A DNA stretch of 64,000 nt, taken from Chiloscyllium plagiosum (lineage: Eukaryota). Made by a program: the position numbers and the translations under genes. The notes under the pieces are model-generated. The model saw only the letters and a program-made list of their open reading frames with translations, searched no databases and was not told the origin of the DNA. The first letter of the stretch is position 1; each line of letters begins with the position of its first letter. The DNA lies in NCBI RefSeq assembly GCF_004010195.1, contig NC_057751.1, positions 10,834,617-10,898,616 on the forward strand. The letters are read 5' to 3'. Below are positions 48,416-62,139 of the stretch, one piece after another.

Positions 48416-51400
48416 GTATTGGCTCTCTTCTTCTTCTACCATCATCTTCTTCCAGAGACATTGGTGAAACATGGCTAGAACTTGATTTTGAGACCACACT
48501 TGGGAATTGTATGGAGAAGTTTATGTCCTTATTAATAGTTAATTCAAGGAGCTGTACCTATTTTTCCTGCTTCAAGGAGCCCGGATATTTTTCCCTTTGT
48601 CTTGTGAGAGGAAACAGTTTCCCGCAACTTTGCAAAATGCAGTACTGCGGGACACAGGGTGTCCTGAATTAATAGCTTAGTTTCCAGAAACTTGAACTGT
48701 TGCGTGCAGTAAAATCCAAATAGGTTTGATGATTTTTTTTTCCCTCTGCCTGGCATAACCAAGCTCAACGGTGAACATTTTAAGTGATGTTTATTTGAGC
48801 TCGTTGCTAAGTATTTACGTGGATCTGGCGCCCACATTGCATGCACCCGATGAAAGAAAGCCATGTTTCATTAATACCTCCTGTATTAGTTGGCTTGTTG
48901 TTATCTTGTTCTGACTTTTCCTTTTGCTGATGACTGTGATAAGACTGCAATATGTAACAGGTATGTCAGTAGGAAAGGACATGCAGTGACAGTTATTATC
49001 GGAGGTGAATCTTTTGTCTAAATTTGAAACAAAATTCTGATCACACTCTCTGGCAATGAATGGAACACTTGGCTCAGTCGAAGGAGCAGTTTTCTGTACA
49101 TGCCCTTTTCAGGTTGTTGTGAAACAAAGAACCAGAGTAACCAGAGTTTGGCCTCCATCTTTGTGCTTGGATGCAGTGAGGATTGAGCAGAAAGAGCTAC
49201 GGCCATGCTTAAGAGCAAGAAAACTGAGATGACCCCAAATAAATAGAACAAAAATGCACGAAACTGAAGTGCAGATGAAATAACTATTGCCTTAATGTTC
49301 AAAGCCTACTGACAATCCAATCTTTACATTGGCAGGGTTTTTACTTGGCTCTTGTTTAATGCATATTGATGCTTTGGTCCTTTGATGGGATTTTTCCAGC
49401 ATTTGGCAATGTATAAGTTCTGAAATGTTCATGAATGTTATTCACAGTGTATGGCTAAGACTTGGCCCAAATGTTTAGGATGTAAGGGAGGGTTGTTTTG
49501 AGCCATTTAACAGCTACACATTGCCTGATTGGTCAGAGCTGTGTTTTGTTAATAAATATGTTTTAGTCTTTAGCACTGACTTGAAAACATAAGAACCCCA
49601 CCAGCCGCGTGAAACGTCATCAGAAGTGCAGTATGGTGCTGGTTACCTTACTGGCCGATTCTGGGGGTTCAAATGTCAGTTCGAGAGTTTTAAACTCTAT
49701 AATGTGGGAAGCTTTCATATCATTGTCAAAATCTCATTGGTTCACTCATTGACTTCAGGGAGATGCAGTGTCCTCATTGGGTCGAGTATATATGTCACAA
49801 AAGTTCTACAATGTCGAAGGCTCTCAACTTCTGCCTGAAATGTTCTAGCATATCTCTCCATTGTACCAAATCACAAGATCCTCCTGCTTGTGGAGATATG
49901 CTGAAGATTTAAGATATGATTGGGATTTTGGTGAATTGGCTAGACTACCCTCAGCCTCAAACTCAGATGGATTGTGTCAGGTCATCATGCAGTTAGGGTC
50001 GAAAGGACAGGAGAGCTGGAGATCTTTCAGACATTCATTCTTAGTGGCAGTGGCTCTTTTCACATAAATCCCCTGCTCTTGTAATCCCTCCAAACTGTGC
50101 TTGCCAATCCCAGTACATGCACGTATGCCAACCCCACCATCCAGTTCCCAATCAGTGCTCGGGGATTATCTGTCTGTGCCGTGTGGCTCCCCACTTCCTG
50201 AGAGCAGCCTCCCTGACCAAGACAGTCACAGTTTATGTGGTATTGAATGTCTAGAAACTGCAGGTTAATCCCAATAGAATGGATTTCCAGTCAAATTGGA
50301 CATTTGTGGCAGAAATAGTTAAGACTAAGCCATTAGACAATTTATCCTCAGGTTGATCCAGTTCCACACAGCTGTAAATTAGTCAGTGGGCAATATGGCA
50401 ATGTGTACATTTCCACCATTTGTTGATCCTGTGATTAGCAGATATTGACATGATCTGTGCCACAATCATTTGGTAGTTTCACAAGGGAGATATATCACCA
50501 AGTGTGCATTTCTCAGTCCCGCACTTGGCATGGAATGACCCTCGATGGGCTCTCTGTTGATGCAACATCATCCAGTTTGTCCTACTTCGAGATGAACTGT
50601 ACTCATCTTTCTGGTGTGTCTTAGTCTGGTGGGTTCTTAAATCATCAAGGTTGTTATCTCCAGTTGTTTCCTTCCACCCTCCCTATTTCTTCATGGAATT
50701 CAGAGAGTACCAAGTTCCTCTCTAGTGAGGGATAAACCAACCCATAGAGGATGCTTGTCACAGATCCGAGTCATCCCATCCACCGACTGCTGGAGGTATA
50801 AGAGGCATCCTTCTGGGCAGCTGTTTAAATTATCCAAATTGAAACCAGACATGCGAACCCTCCAAGTTGCATTTCTGAGCTGGATCTTTCTCCCAGTCAC
50901 CAAATTTCTCATGCAGTGTTTGCTCTCATGCCCACTTTTGGTCTATCTGACAAAAAGCATCATTCAACCTAATGGTATATGTTCTAACATAACTCTGGGG
51001 CAGGTGCGGCTTGAATCCAGGCTACTGGCCCAGAGGTAGGGTCACCAGCACTGTGTCACAGGAGTCTCCAATTTCTCCCCTTGCATGAACTTCAAGTTCA
51101 CTGAGTGTTCAGTGACTGTAAATTGGTGCAGGTTCGTTTTTCTTTGTTCAAACAATATAATTTATCTCATTGTACTTCAGTACCTGATGTGGGAGATGCA
51201 CTGGGGACTGATGGTAGTGTGAGGTAGGGTTTGTCGATCCTCACTGAGTGAAACGGATGTTAGCACTGCTTGAAATCAGTCTTCAAAGCTACTCTCACAT
51301 CCAAATCAAGCTGCTGTTTGGTCCCAGCTGTGGGAATATTGAGTTCTTATTTTGCAACTTAACAACAAGAATCAGTTTAAGCAGCGAAGTAAAGTCAACC

Positions 51401-51633
51401 CATTCAAATCATAATTTGCAGTTTTTCATCTTCTTTCCATTTCTAGCCACTCGAGATTGTTTGTTTATTTTGTTAAAATTCTACAGGAGAAACGTGCCAA
51501 ACTTTCCCCCCCTTCTCTCTGCTTTTTGCCTTTTTTCCTCGATTGTTTCTGCTTCTCTGTTTTTTGTTTAGTTTAAACCCTCTTTTCTCCACACTAAAAT
51601 TTCCTTTTCTATATCTGCTTTCATTCTCTTTAG

Positions 51634-51678
51634 GAACCACAAACTACTGTCATCCATAATCCTGTGGATGGGATAAAG
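51634..51678 (+). CDS. CAMK2B: Linker exon EPQTTVIHNPVDGIK
   Basis: 45 nt, phase 0-0, long pyrimidine tract + TAG acceptor, aag|GTACCA donor. Matches the mammalian beta peptide as recalled. Confidence 0.95.
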
Positions 51679-53219
51679 GTACCATCTGTCTGTGCTGTAG
51701 TCTTTCCCATCTTTGGAATCTTCCTTTGTCAAGTTCTGTCATAGAAAATGTATCCCTATTATTAAGCAAGAGTTCCCAGGTTCTGATTTGTGTTTTTGAG
51801 TTACAAATATTGAGGGTCTCCCATGTAGCAGCTGGTTAGACATACATTGTAAGTCTTAAAACTGAAGAGTGAGATTTTGTCCTTTCATCAGCCCTCTGGC
51901 GCACTGCAGGTTTGATTCTCCCTAATACACGAACAAAGAGTTTCATTTCCTTTTTCATCCTTGGATACAGTTGGCAAACATCACTTACATATTTGTCAGT
52001 TGTGAAATCTTTAATCTGCACTCATACCTCAAACTGAAACACAGACAGTTTGGTTTGTAGGCAAATACAGTAGCATTTCAAGCAAAATTGAAAGAAAGTT
52101 ATTTCATCATTGATTGAGATGATAAAGTTTCTATGATATCCTGTAGTTGTAAAACACTTGACAGGTTTTGTTCCTGTTGGATCTAAATTATGGAGCTTCC
52201 CATTTGTTTTATACGCAATGACATTTCTGTGTTTTGAGCTGTAGCTACAGTAGGTACAAACTAATAGCTCGATCATGTGTGGCTAGAATCTTGAATTCTG
52301 CTTCTCACTGGTCTCATTGAATACAACTTGTGGTACAACATTCAAAATTTCCAAATTGCATAATGCCAGGATTTCATTTTTAAAAAACGTTTGGAATGAT
52401 ATATAATCTTTACATCTGAAATAAGTATAAATATGTTGGAAGTGCACAAACCCCAAAACATTCAGCGTTAGAACAGTGATAGATAGGAACTGTCAGCATC
52501 ATGTTGAAATAGAGTTCGAAATTGATTTGGCCTCTCACCAATCATAAAGTTAGTTTAAAACTTATCACTCTAATCAGATCATTTTGGCCATTAACATTCA
52601 TCAGCTTTCCTTCTTGCAATCTCTGGTACTAAATCTGCAATCGTTAAAAGGTATCACTCTTTTATCAAGAACTTAAAATGCTTGACTAGCATTCACAGTG
52701 GCTCCCACTGGAACAGTTGTCTTGTTAACAATCTTCCCTGAACAAGAGCCCTTTGAACAATGGGATCTCTAGAATGCATAGTACGGAACTAGTTAAATGA
52801 AAATTGTCAGATGGCACACTGGCAATTTCAATATGCACTTGGATCCTGTTGTCCCTCTTGCTTCAAGTTGGTTTTCTGAGAACAAGTTACTGTTGAAGCC
52901 ACATCCACTAAACAAGTGACTTGTTGAAGATCTAAATTCTTTGCTAATCTCGCTTACCTTTTCACTTCACTAAAATTATTCAGAGGTAGTAAATAGAACA
53001 CTTGTGTTCAAAAAAATGCATGATTCAAATTATCAAAACTAGCTGGTTTATTCTTTTCTGCTTCATGATCATGTTTTCTCCTGTTCTGTTTCACTCAAGC
53101 TTTCACATAAATGCTTTTCTTTTTTGCACTGAGTTCAGTATTTGTTCTGTCAATTCAGAGTTCAGGTGATGAATACACACGTGACATTGCAAGTAAGACT
53201 CTTTCTGTTTTGTTTGCAG

Positions 53220-53268
53220 GAGTCTTCTGACAGCAGTAACACGACTATTGAAGATGAAGATGTTAAAG
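53220..53268 (+). CDS. CAMK2B: Constitutive linker exon ESSDSSNTTIEDEDVK preceding the hub domain
   Basis: 49 nt, tttgcag acceptor, aaag|GTGAGC donor, phase 0 to 1. Matches beta ESSDSANTTIEDEDAK. Confidence 0.95.
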
Positions 53269-54224
53269 GTGAGCAATACATTGAAAACAGTTTTTAAAAC
53301 ATAGCATTGCAGGGCTTTGAAGGGGAAACTGAGGTGTGCTGCATTTGTTCTGCCAGTTTTCAAATTGGATAAAACGCTCCATGACAAAGGCTCAAAGTGA
53401 AGTGACCTCTCATTCAGGTTTGCTTTTCCATTTCACCTGATCATAGGTGAGGCTGTAGAGATCAGAAACAAAGTTTTCTCCTCTTAGCAGCTTCAGTCAC
53501 GGTGTTGAATACTTGGAATCGGGGGAATGGCGAACAAGATGGACAAATGTCAAAATTCTGTGCTGCAGTAAATCTGAAATGAAATAGAAACTGCTGCAGT
53601 ATCTTGAGCAGCATCTGTGCTGAGAGATAAACGTTTTTGGTGTGGACACTTAAAAAGAAATGAAGATATGACTGAGGAATAGCATTTTAACTGGAATAAA
53701 CCTGGGGAAGGGAAAAGATGCACTTCGTACACTTGACAGTAAATAAATCCATCAATCAATCAGAAAAGCAAGGAACGGAGGGCCAGAAAAAGTGATTGTA
53801 AAATGTTTAAGTTAACAACCAATGCTGAAGTCTCAGATCAACCATAACCTTGTGCAATGGTAGAGAATGATTAAGGGTCTGTCTGGTCTATTCTGTGTCT
53901 TTTGGAGATCAACATATGTCAGACATGACATCGGTATGAGAAAACAAAGAGAACAGTAAAAGCTGACAGGAGAGAGGGAAATATAGCAAGTACAGTGTGA
54001 GGATTGACAAAGCATCACAAGGACCAGCAAGCTTTAGTGCCTGATTGGTGGTCAGGAAAGGTGGGGTAGTGGCAGAGTGGTAATGGCGTCAAACTTGTAA
54101 TCCAGAGGATCTGATTTCATGAGATCAAATCCTATCATGGTATCCAGTGGGATTTAAGTTCCATTCGTAACTTTGAAATTCAAAACTGGATTTGGTAAAG
54201 GCAGCCATAAAATGATTGATTTTA

Positions 54225-54566
54225 GGGCAGCACAGTGGTTTAGTGGCTAGCACTGTTGCCCCACAGCGCCAGAGGCCTGGGTTCGATTCCACTCTTGGGT
54301 GTCTGTCTGTGTGGAATTTGCACGTTCTTGCCATGTCTGCATGGGGTTTCCGCCGGCTGTTCCGGCTCCCTTCCACAGTCCAAAGATGTGCACGCTAGGC
54401 AGATTGCCCATGCTAAATTGCCCGTAGATTTCAGGGATGTGCAGTCTAGGTGGATTAGTCATGGGAAATACAAGGATAGGGGGATGGGTCTGGGTAGAAT
54501 GCTGTTTGGTGTGGAGCCGTTGGGCCAGATGGCCTGTTTCCACACTGTAGAGATTCTATGATTCTA
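54225..54566 (+). mobile_element. HE1-like V-SINE (ATTCTATG-type tail)
   Basis: A/B boxes, V-domain text and 3' end ggcctgtttccacactgtagagattctatgattcta. Confidence 0.88.
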
Positions 54567-55872
54567 CATATACAGACCACCTTGCCAGTGTAGTGTTGCA
54601 ACGGTTAGAAATACCTCCAATTTCCATTTGCAACCATCCTACTCCCAAGCATCCCTGTAGTGTGTGATTGTCAGAAAATCCAGCGCATCCATCTTGTTAA
54701 AATTTATTTTTTTCACAGGGCTACCATTTGTTAACCATCCAAAATAATCTTGAGATGGTGGTCATGAGCCATGATAGAGCCATGATAAGCCAGTGCATCC
54801 ACACAGCTTCAAGCAAAGCATTATTATTATTTAACAATATTTAACATTGCAGAATTTTCTACCAGAGAGAAAACTGAAGGTACAGGTCAAGTGCGGCATT
54901 ATTATGGTCAATATTTGATACCAGAGGGCAACAATAACACAGTATTCTTCCATAAAATTTAATTATATTTTTGGATTTCTGCGTTTTTGGAAAAAAGATA
55001 CCGAGGTTGAAAGAGTATGACAGCAACTAAGATCATTGCAGGAGAGCTTAGGATTGAAATTTCAAGTCAGAACTGAAATGTTTAACCAATCTGTATTTGG
55101 TTCTGTGATACAGTGAAGTGTTGACGAAGAGAGAGGTGATTGTGTGCTGGCTTAGTTTTTGGAGATTGTTTGGAATCTTGGGTGGTATTGTTCCACCACT
55201 GACCTTACGCTGTAAGGTGCTGGGATAGATAGTTCGGTCAAAGAGTGAAGTATGGATATATGGGGGAACAGATTGTTTTGGAAAGTGGAGAATGAAGGGG
55301 AGCCATATCTTTAGACTTTGCAACTGGTGAAAATATCATGTAAAAAACAGAGAAATATATGTATTGAAATGTAGGCCTGTTAAATGAGGCAAAGGGGTGG
55401 AAAATGAGGGTTAAGGGAAACAACATTGTTCTGGAAGAAAGAAGACAAACAGAAGAAGTTCAGTAAATAGGTTGAACCATCAGGATTGTTTCCTTTTGAA
55501 AAGGACATTTTGGATCATCACACAAGACAGTTGGAATCAGCAGAGACGTTGCCGTCAAAAACGAGGAACTTCAGAACAGCAGAGGGTCCTAACATGAAGC
55601 AGAATAGGAATAAGTATCATCCAGATGTTTTTGGTATTCCTTCACAGGATGTGGGTGTTGCTGGCTTTGCTAGTAATGTTATATTTCATTGACTGAGATA
55701 AGATGGTGATAACCTGTCTTTGGAATTGCTGCTTTTGCATCTGGACTGCTTGAGCACCCTCAGTACTATTAGGGATAGATGTCCCAAGATTTTTAACCCA
55801 GCGACATTGAAGGAAGATGATTTGAATTCAGGATGGTGTGTGGATTTGAGGGCAACTTGTAGCTTATTATGC

Positions 55873-57490
55873 TTTTTTAGGTAAAAACAATGACTGCAGA
55901 TGCTGGAAACCAGATTTTGGATTAGTGGTGCTGGAAGAGCACAGCAGTTCAGGCAGCATCCGAGGAGCAGCAAAATCGACATTTCGGGCAAAAGCCCTTC
56001 ATCAGGAATAAAGGCAGAGAGCCTGAAGCGTGGAGAGATAAGCTNNNNNNNNNNNNNNNNNNNNNNNNNNNNNNNNNNNNNNNNNNNNNNNNNNNNNNNN
56101 NNNNNNNNNNNNNNNNNNNNNNNNNNNNNNNNNNNNNNNNNNNNNNNNNNNNNNNNNNNNNNNNNNNNNNNNNNNNNNNNNNNNNNNNNNNNNNNNNNNN
56201 NNNNNNNNNNNNNNNNNNNNNNNNNNNNNNNNNNNNNNNNNNNNNNNNNNNNNNNNNNNNNNNNNNNNNNNNNNNNNNNNNNNNNNNNNNNNNNNNNNNN
56301 NNNNNNNNNNNNNNNNNNNNNNNNNNNNNNNNNNNNNNNNNNNNNNNNNNNNNNNNNNNNNNNNNNNNNNNNNNNNNNNNNNNNNNNNNNNNNNNNNNNN
56401 NNNNNNNNNNNNNNNNNNNNNNNNNNNNNNNNNNNNNNNNNNNNNNNNNNNNNNNNNNNNNNNNNNNNNNNNNNNNNNNNNNNNNNNNNNNNNNNNNNNN
56501 NNNNNNNNNNNNNNNNNNNNNNNNNNNNNNNNNNNNNNNNNNNNNNNNNNNNNNNNNNNNNNNNNNNNNNNNNNNNNNNNNNNNNNNNNNNNNNNNNNNN
56601 NNNNNNNNNNNNNNNNNNNNNNNNNNNNNNNNNNNNNNNNNNNNNNNNNNNNNNNNNNNNNNNNNNNNNNNNNNNNNNNNNNNNNNNNNNNNNNNNNNNN
56701 NGGTTGGAGGGGTTGAGTCTGAGGGCGGAATTGCGGGATGTGGATGAGATGCGTTGGGGGGCATCTTTAACCACGTGGGAAGGGAAATTGCGGTCTCGAG
56801 AGAAGGAGGCCATCTGGTGTGTTCTATGGTGGAACCGCTCCTCCTGGGAGCAGATACGGCGGAGGCGGAGGAATTGGGAATACGGGATGGCATTTTTGCA
56901 AGAGGTAGGGTGGGAAGAGGTGTCATCCAGGTAGCTGTGGGAGTCGGTGGGTTTGTAAAAAATGTTGGTATCAAGTCGGTCTTCATTAATGGAGATGGCG
57001 AGGTCCATGAAGGTGAGGGAGATGGTCCAGGTAAATTTAAGGTCAGGGTGGAATGTTTTGGTGAAGTTGATGAATTGCTCAACCTCCTCGCGGGAGCACG
57101 AGGTGGCGCCAATGCAGTCATCAATGTAATGGAGGAAGAGGTGGGGAGTGGTGCCAGTGTAATTACGGAAGATCGACTGTTCTACGTAGCCAACAAAGAG
57201 ACAGGCATAGCTGGGGCCCATACGTGTGCCCATGGCTACTCCTTTGGTCTGGAGGAAGTGGGAGGATTCAAAGGAGAAATTGTTAAGGGTGAGGACCAGT
57301 TCGGCCAAACGAATGAGAGTGTCGGTGGAAGGGTACTGTTGGGGACATCGGAAAAAACGGAGGGTTTGGAGGCCCTGGTCATGGCGGATGGAGGTGTAGG
57401 GGATTGGATATCCATGGTGAAGATGAGGCATTGGGGGCCGGGGAAACGGAAGTCTTGGAGGAGATGGAAGGCGTGGGTGGTGTCATGCAT
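55873..57490 (-). mobile_element. Penelope-like retroelement, 5'-truncated RT plus pseudo-LTR, 10-bp TSD
   Basis: RT motifs FTMD, NNFSF, QTKGVAMGTRMGPSYA, YIDD, FYKPTDSHSYL, PYSQFLRLRRICS. TSD cttattatgc at 55863-55872 and 57491-57500. Confidence 0.92.
56045..56701. other. Assembly gap (657 N)
   Basis: Run of N inside the PLE. Confidence 0.99.
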
Positions 57491-57643
57491 CTTATTATGC
57501 ATTTGCTGCCCTCGTTCTTCAAAGTGGTTGAGTTCACAGATTCAGCAAGTGTGTTGAGGGAGCCCTGCTGACTGCAGTGTCTGTTGTGTATATTGCAACC
57601 TACTGCCACTATGCGTAGGTGGTGAAAGGAATGAATGAATTGT

Positions 57644-57962
57644 GGGCAGCACGGTGGAACAGTGGTTAGCACTGCTGCCTCACAGCGCCAGAGACCCGGG
57701 TTCACTTCCCGCCTCAGGCGACTGACTGTGTGGAGTTTGCACGTTCTCCCCGTGTCTGCGTGGGTTTCCTCCGGGTGCTCCGGTTTCCTCCCACAGTCCA
57801 AAGATGTGCAGGTCACGTGAATTGTCCATGCTAAATTGCCCATAGTGTTAGGTAAGGGGTAAATGTAGGGGTATGGGTGGGTTGCGCTTCGGCGGGGCGG
57901 TGTGGACTTGTTGGGCCGAAGGGCCTGTTTCCACACTGTAAGTAATCTAATCTAAAAAAAAA
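57644..57962 (+). mobile_element. Full-length, apparently young HE1-like V-SINE
   Basis: tRNA-like head, many CpGs retained, CR1/HER1-like 3' end, tail gtaagtaatctaatctaaaa. Confidence 0.92.
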
Positions 57963-60016
57963 TGTTGAAGGTGGTGCCAGTCACATGGGCTGCTTTATCT
58001 GGATGGTGTCAAGCCTCTTGAATGTATGTAGTTGGAATAGCAGACAAGTGGGGTGTAATCCATCACACTACTGATTTGTGCCTTGGGGAGTGTATGCATA
58101 AGTTGCTCACTTCAGAATTCCAAGCCTCTGTTCAGTTTCTCAATTCACTTTCTGATCAATTGAACCTCCCCAGTGGAACGGTAGTTACATGTTCAGCACT
58201 GGATGTCAAGATAGTAGAAAAGGTGTTTAAGAAAATGGAAGAAGGCCCCGGGAAGTAGAATTACAATTGTGAATTCATAGAAACTTGAGACAATCGTCAT
58301 TCCTGTGTTGGTTCTTTGTAAGAGTGGGTGCACTTGGTATCCTGCTTGCATTAACCTTATGTATATTCCATCATGATCTGCAAAAATGCTGGGACAGGCT
58401 CAAGGGGCTGAATAACCTATTGATTTTGTGCCTTGGTAGTCAGTATGTATATGCTTCAATGCTGTGATTTTCCTGTCATAACTCATGCCATTCTGTTATG
58501 AATAAGATTCATTATATCTGCTTTAAAAAACAGCTTTAAAAATGATTTAAAGTTGTATCTGAGGGCTTTGCAGTCTTCCAGTTTGGAAATGAAAGTTGAG
58601 CAAAATGTGAGAATGTGGTTGTACTGAACCATTATCTAAACAGGGAATGAATGAACATCCACAACCACTTGAGAAGAGGTCTCATGCATTATGGATATTT
58701 GTAGAAGCCAGAGATGACAGAGTGATCTCCACATCACTGCCGTTGTTTCAGATCTAGTCACTAACTTGTAAAAACCTGTTAAATTTTGCTCAGTGTCTTG
58801 ACAGAACTGTCCACAGACATTATTTAGTTGGTGTCTAATAATATTTGTAATGAATGCCAACAATTGAGTTTCTGTTGTAACTTGCTTTCACTCCAATTGC
58901 TTAAACACTTTGGCACAACTCCCTTGACTAGCGTGTTGAAAATTGAGCCTCGTTATTCCCAGAGTGGTCACAAAAGGCCAGGCTTTCAAAGAGGTATGCA
59001 AAATCTCCAACTTTCCTAATACTCAGATCCAGGTTGGTACAAAACATGGATTAGGTTTCTGCAATGAATAAAAAATATCACTCCTAATCACCAGTCATTA
59101 GATTTTAACTACAGGTAAATAATGAAACAAAATTAAGTAAATTTGACCAATTAAATTCTAAATCCCTTATAAACTCTCCCTTACATGCACACACATACCA
59201 ACAAAACCACCTGGGGAGAGGGAAAACCGTTCCCTTGTCAATGTCCATAAGATCTGTTGGGTTGGATCTTACAGATGAGCAGATTTCTCAGATATTGCTT
59301 TCTCTGAATGCTTCCACTAGTGTGCAGGCGGCACAGGGTTCTTAGTTTACTTAGGGTCTCTGACTTACCAAATTTCAAAGACATAACTTGAAGCATCTGC
59401 TGAAGCAGAGAGAAGCTGGCTTCCTTCAGGTCTAAAGTGGCTTAATGCAGACAACTGAGAGACAAAGTTTTGACTGCAGCTGATCTGCTGGATTTTATTC
59501 CAGTCTAACCTAGTTGCTTTGTCTCAGGCTCAAGCTCAACTGTTAAGCTTCCTGGCAACCTATCACTTAGTTTTTGGCAGGCAAAGGACTTTTGTCATTG
59601 ATAACGGCCAGGAGGGTATGAACCCATCACTTTCATTTGTAAATAATCCCCTTGTCTCCTGTTCATCTGTGGCCTGCAGGAACCCACAGCTACATAGACA
59701 CGGTTCACAACAGATATCAAATTCCTTCTTTTCAAAACAAACTGCCATTTGTGTAAATCCCTGGGTTTCAAAATATTCTTTCTTACTTCAGCCCACAGTT
59801 TTAAAAAGCTCATAAAAAGAAATGAGTTTTTAAAAGATGCTGTCTTTATAACTTGTTGCTGCATGCAACAATGACCAGTGTCTGGCTTGGACTGCTTATT
59901 TTACACTTCAAACTGATGTGAATAAGGATGGCATTCAACCATTGCACAATGTTTGTTTTGAAGGGAGAGACAATCTGAAATTTGTTTCAGTTGTGAATGC
60001 AGAGAAGCAGAGAGAA

Positions 60017-60679
60017 AGTGAGGACTGCAAATACTGGAGATCAGAGTCGAAGACTGTGGGTGCTGGAAAAGAACAGCCAGTCAGACAGCACCCGAGGAGC
60101 AGGAGAGTTGACGTTTCGACCATAAGCTCTTCATCAGGAATGAGGGGGTGGCCCAAGGGGGGTGTTTGAGACTGGAGATACCTAGGGATACAACAGATAG
60201 GTGAAGTTGTGCCCCTCTCACTCTGCCAAAGACATGCAAGTCCTGGGCCTCCTCCAATGTCAAACCCTTACCACCCGACACCTGGAGAAAGTACGCCACA
60301 GCTTTCACCTTGGGACCCTCCAACCACACGGGATCAATGTGGATTTCACCAGTTTTCTAATTTTCCTTCTCCCCATCTTATCCCAGATCCAACCTTCCAA
60401 CTTGCCATTGCCCTCTTGACCTGTCCATCTTCCTTCCTACCTGTCCGCTCCACTTTCCTCTCCAACCTATCGCCTTTACCTCCAACTGCATCTACCTATC
60501 GCATTCCTAGCTACTTTCCTCCCAGCCTCACAACCCCTCCTCCCCCATTTATCTCTCAGCCTCCTTGGACCAGCCCTCATTCCTGATGAAGAGCTTATGC
60601 TTGAAACATTGATTCTGCTGCTGTTTGGATGCGACCTGACCAGCTGTGCTTTTCCAGCACCACACTCTTCCACTCTGGT
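60017..60679 (+). mobile_element. PLE 3' fragment with inverted pseudo-LTR at its 5' side
   Basis: 60017-60145 is inverted relative to 60575-60679. Interior encodes an FHLGTLQPHGINVDF-type PLE C-terminus. Confidence 0.85.
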
Positions 60680-60864
60680 TTAAGAGGCAACCAAGTCTGA
60701 CATGAGAGTTGATGTAAGCCAGGATTAACCCACCAACCTGAAAAGTTTTTGCTGAAGTCCTACTCAGAAATAGTTAAAACAAGTCATTCCTGTTGAGTTA
60801 ATCTATTCCTTAAAGAGGAGGGGCATTGCTGGTAAATTCTGACACCAGACAGGAAATCTATTAG

Positions 60865-61028
60865 TCTGAGAGTCAGAGAGATGTACAGCACAGAAACAGA
60901 CCCTTTGGTCCAACTCGTCCATGCCCACCAGATATCCCAACCTAATGTAGTCCCATTTGCCAGCACTTGGCTCACATCCCTGTAAACCCTTCCTATTCTT
61001 AGACCCATCCAGATATCTTTTAAAGGCT
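60865..61028 (-). mobile_element. CR1/HER1 3' terminal fragment
   Basis: Closely matches 3680-3835. Confidence 0.85.
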
Positions 61029-61975
61029 ACATTCTGATGAGTACTGCTACAAAAGGTATTAAAAATGCAACCTTGCTCATTAATAAGATAACAATGATTT
61101 GGTTGAGGCTCAGCATTTGCACATAAAAGTTTGATGCCTGTGACATGCACTGACTGGTAAGTACATCAAATGTATTTCATAAACCTGAGAGAGAATGAGA
61201 TTGCAATTAGAACAAGGTAAATTAGTTTCAGCATGAGCTATACCACATAGTTTGTTTGTTCTTGAGGTGCCTACAGACTTCATTTGTCTTTGTGCAGCTG
61301 ATGGGAAGGTTCAGGGGTCCTACTTGGAGATTTTCCTGTTTGTATAATAATCATTGGTCCTCAGCTCAGATGTATTAATGTGAATCTGGTGCCAGAATTT
61401 TACAGGTCTCGACAGCATAATTCACATACGATGATCATGATAGACTTGGAACCATTTCATCACTGCAGTGCTACAAAAAGATAACAAACCAGATGCTGAC
61501 CCGAAGTTGAGTGTTTCTGCTTTTCAAATTCTGTTCCAAATGCAGCTATTTGAATTCCCCAACTACCTCCTCCCCTGTAGTTCGCTCCAAACCCAGATGG
61601 CTATTTTAATTGTATTGATTTCCTGAAATCACCCTTGTATATAAATAATTGAAGCATTTGCCAGATCTGAAGGCCTTATACAAGAAAATATATTGAGTGA
61701 AGAAGTCAAAACTCTCCAAAGAATTCAGTTCCCTTTCTGCTCCACAATGAGACATTAACATATCAGAAATTTGAGATGTGTTGACCAAACTGTCAACAAG
61801 ATGCCTGAAGCTTCATTGAAGTAGAATAAAGCTCCATGTCACAGGTTGAACTGAATGTTTCCTTTAAAACTCATGATATACTTGCTGCACAAGTTACAGA
61901 TTCATACTGATTCCTTTTATATTGCTGATGACAAATAAGAAATGGGACACTATTGACTTCAAGTTGACCAGCTTA

Positions 61976-62139
61976 AAAGTTAAAAATCACACAACACTAG
62001 GTTATAGTCCAACTGGCTACCTGACAAAGGAGTAGCACTCCGAAAGCTTGTATTTCCAAGTAAGCCTGTTCAACTGTAACCTGGTGTTGTGTGATTTTTA
62101 ACTTTGTCCACCTCAGTCCAACACGGGCACCTCCACATC
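61976..62139 (+). mobile_element. Third-family PLE-type fold-back fragment with a hammerhead-like core
   Basis: Inverted arms aaagttaaaaatcacacaacac / gtgttgtgtgatttttaacttt. Flanked by ttgaccagctta and ttgaccagttta. Core ctgacaa-a-ggag-tagca-ctcc-gaaa-gctt. Confidence 0.65.

Larger units (their letters stand above)
55640..58140 (-). mobile_element. Old LINE 3' fragment, same family as 2085-2650, split by PLE and SINE insertions
   Basis: Segments 55640-55872, 57491-57640 and 57963-58140 are colinear with 2090-2640. Confidence 0.65.

Noticed and set aside
55686..57431. 581-aa, 391-aa and 344-aa ORFs in the ORF track
   Set aside because: Lengths are inflated by the N gap. The real part is a frameshifted PLE RT, not a host gene.
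57644..57720. tRNA-like sequences (also at 43498, 54225 and 21690-21758)
   Set aside because: These are SINE heads continuing into SINE bodies, not tRNA genes.
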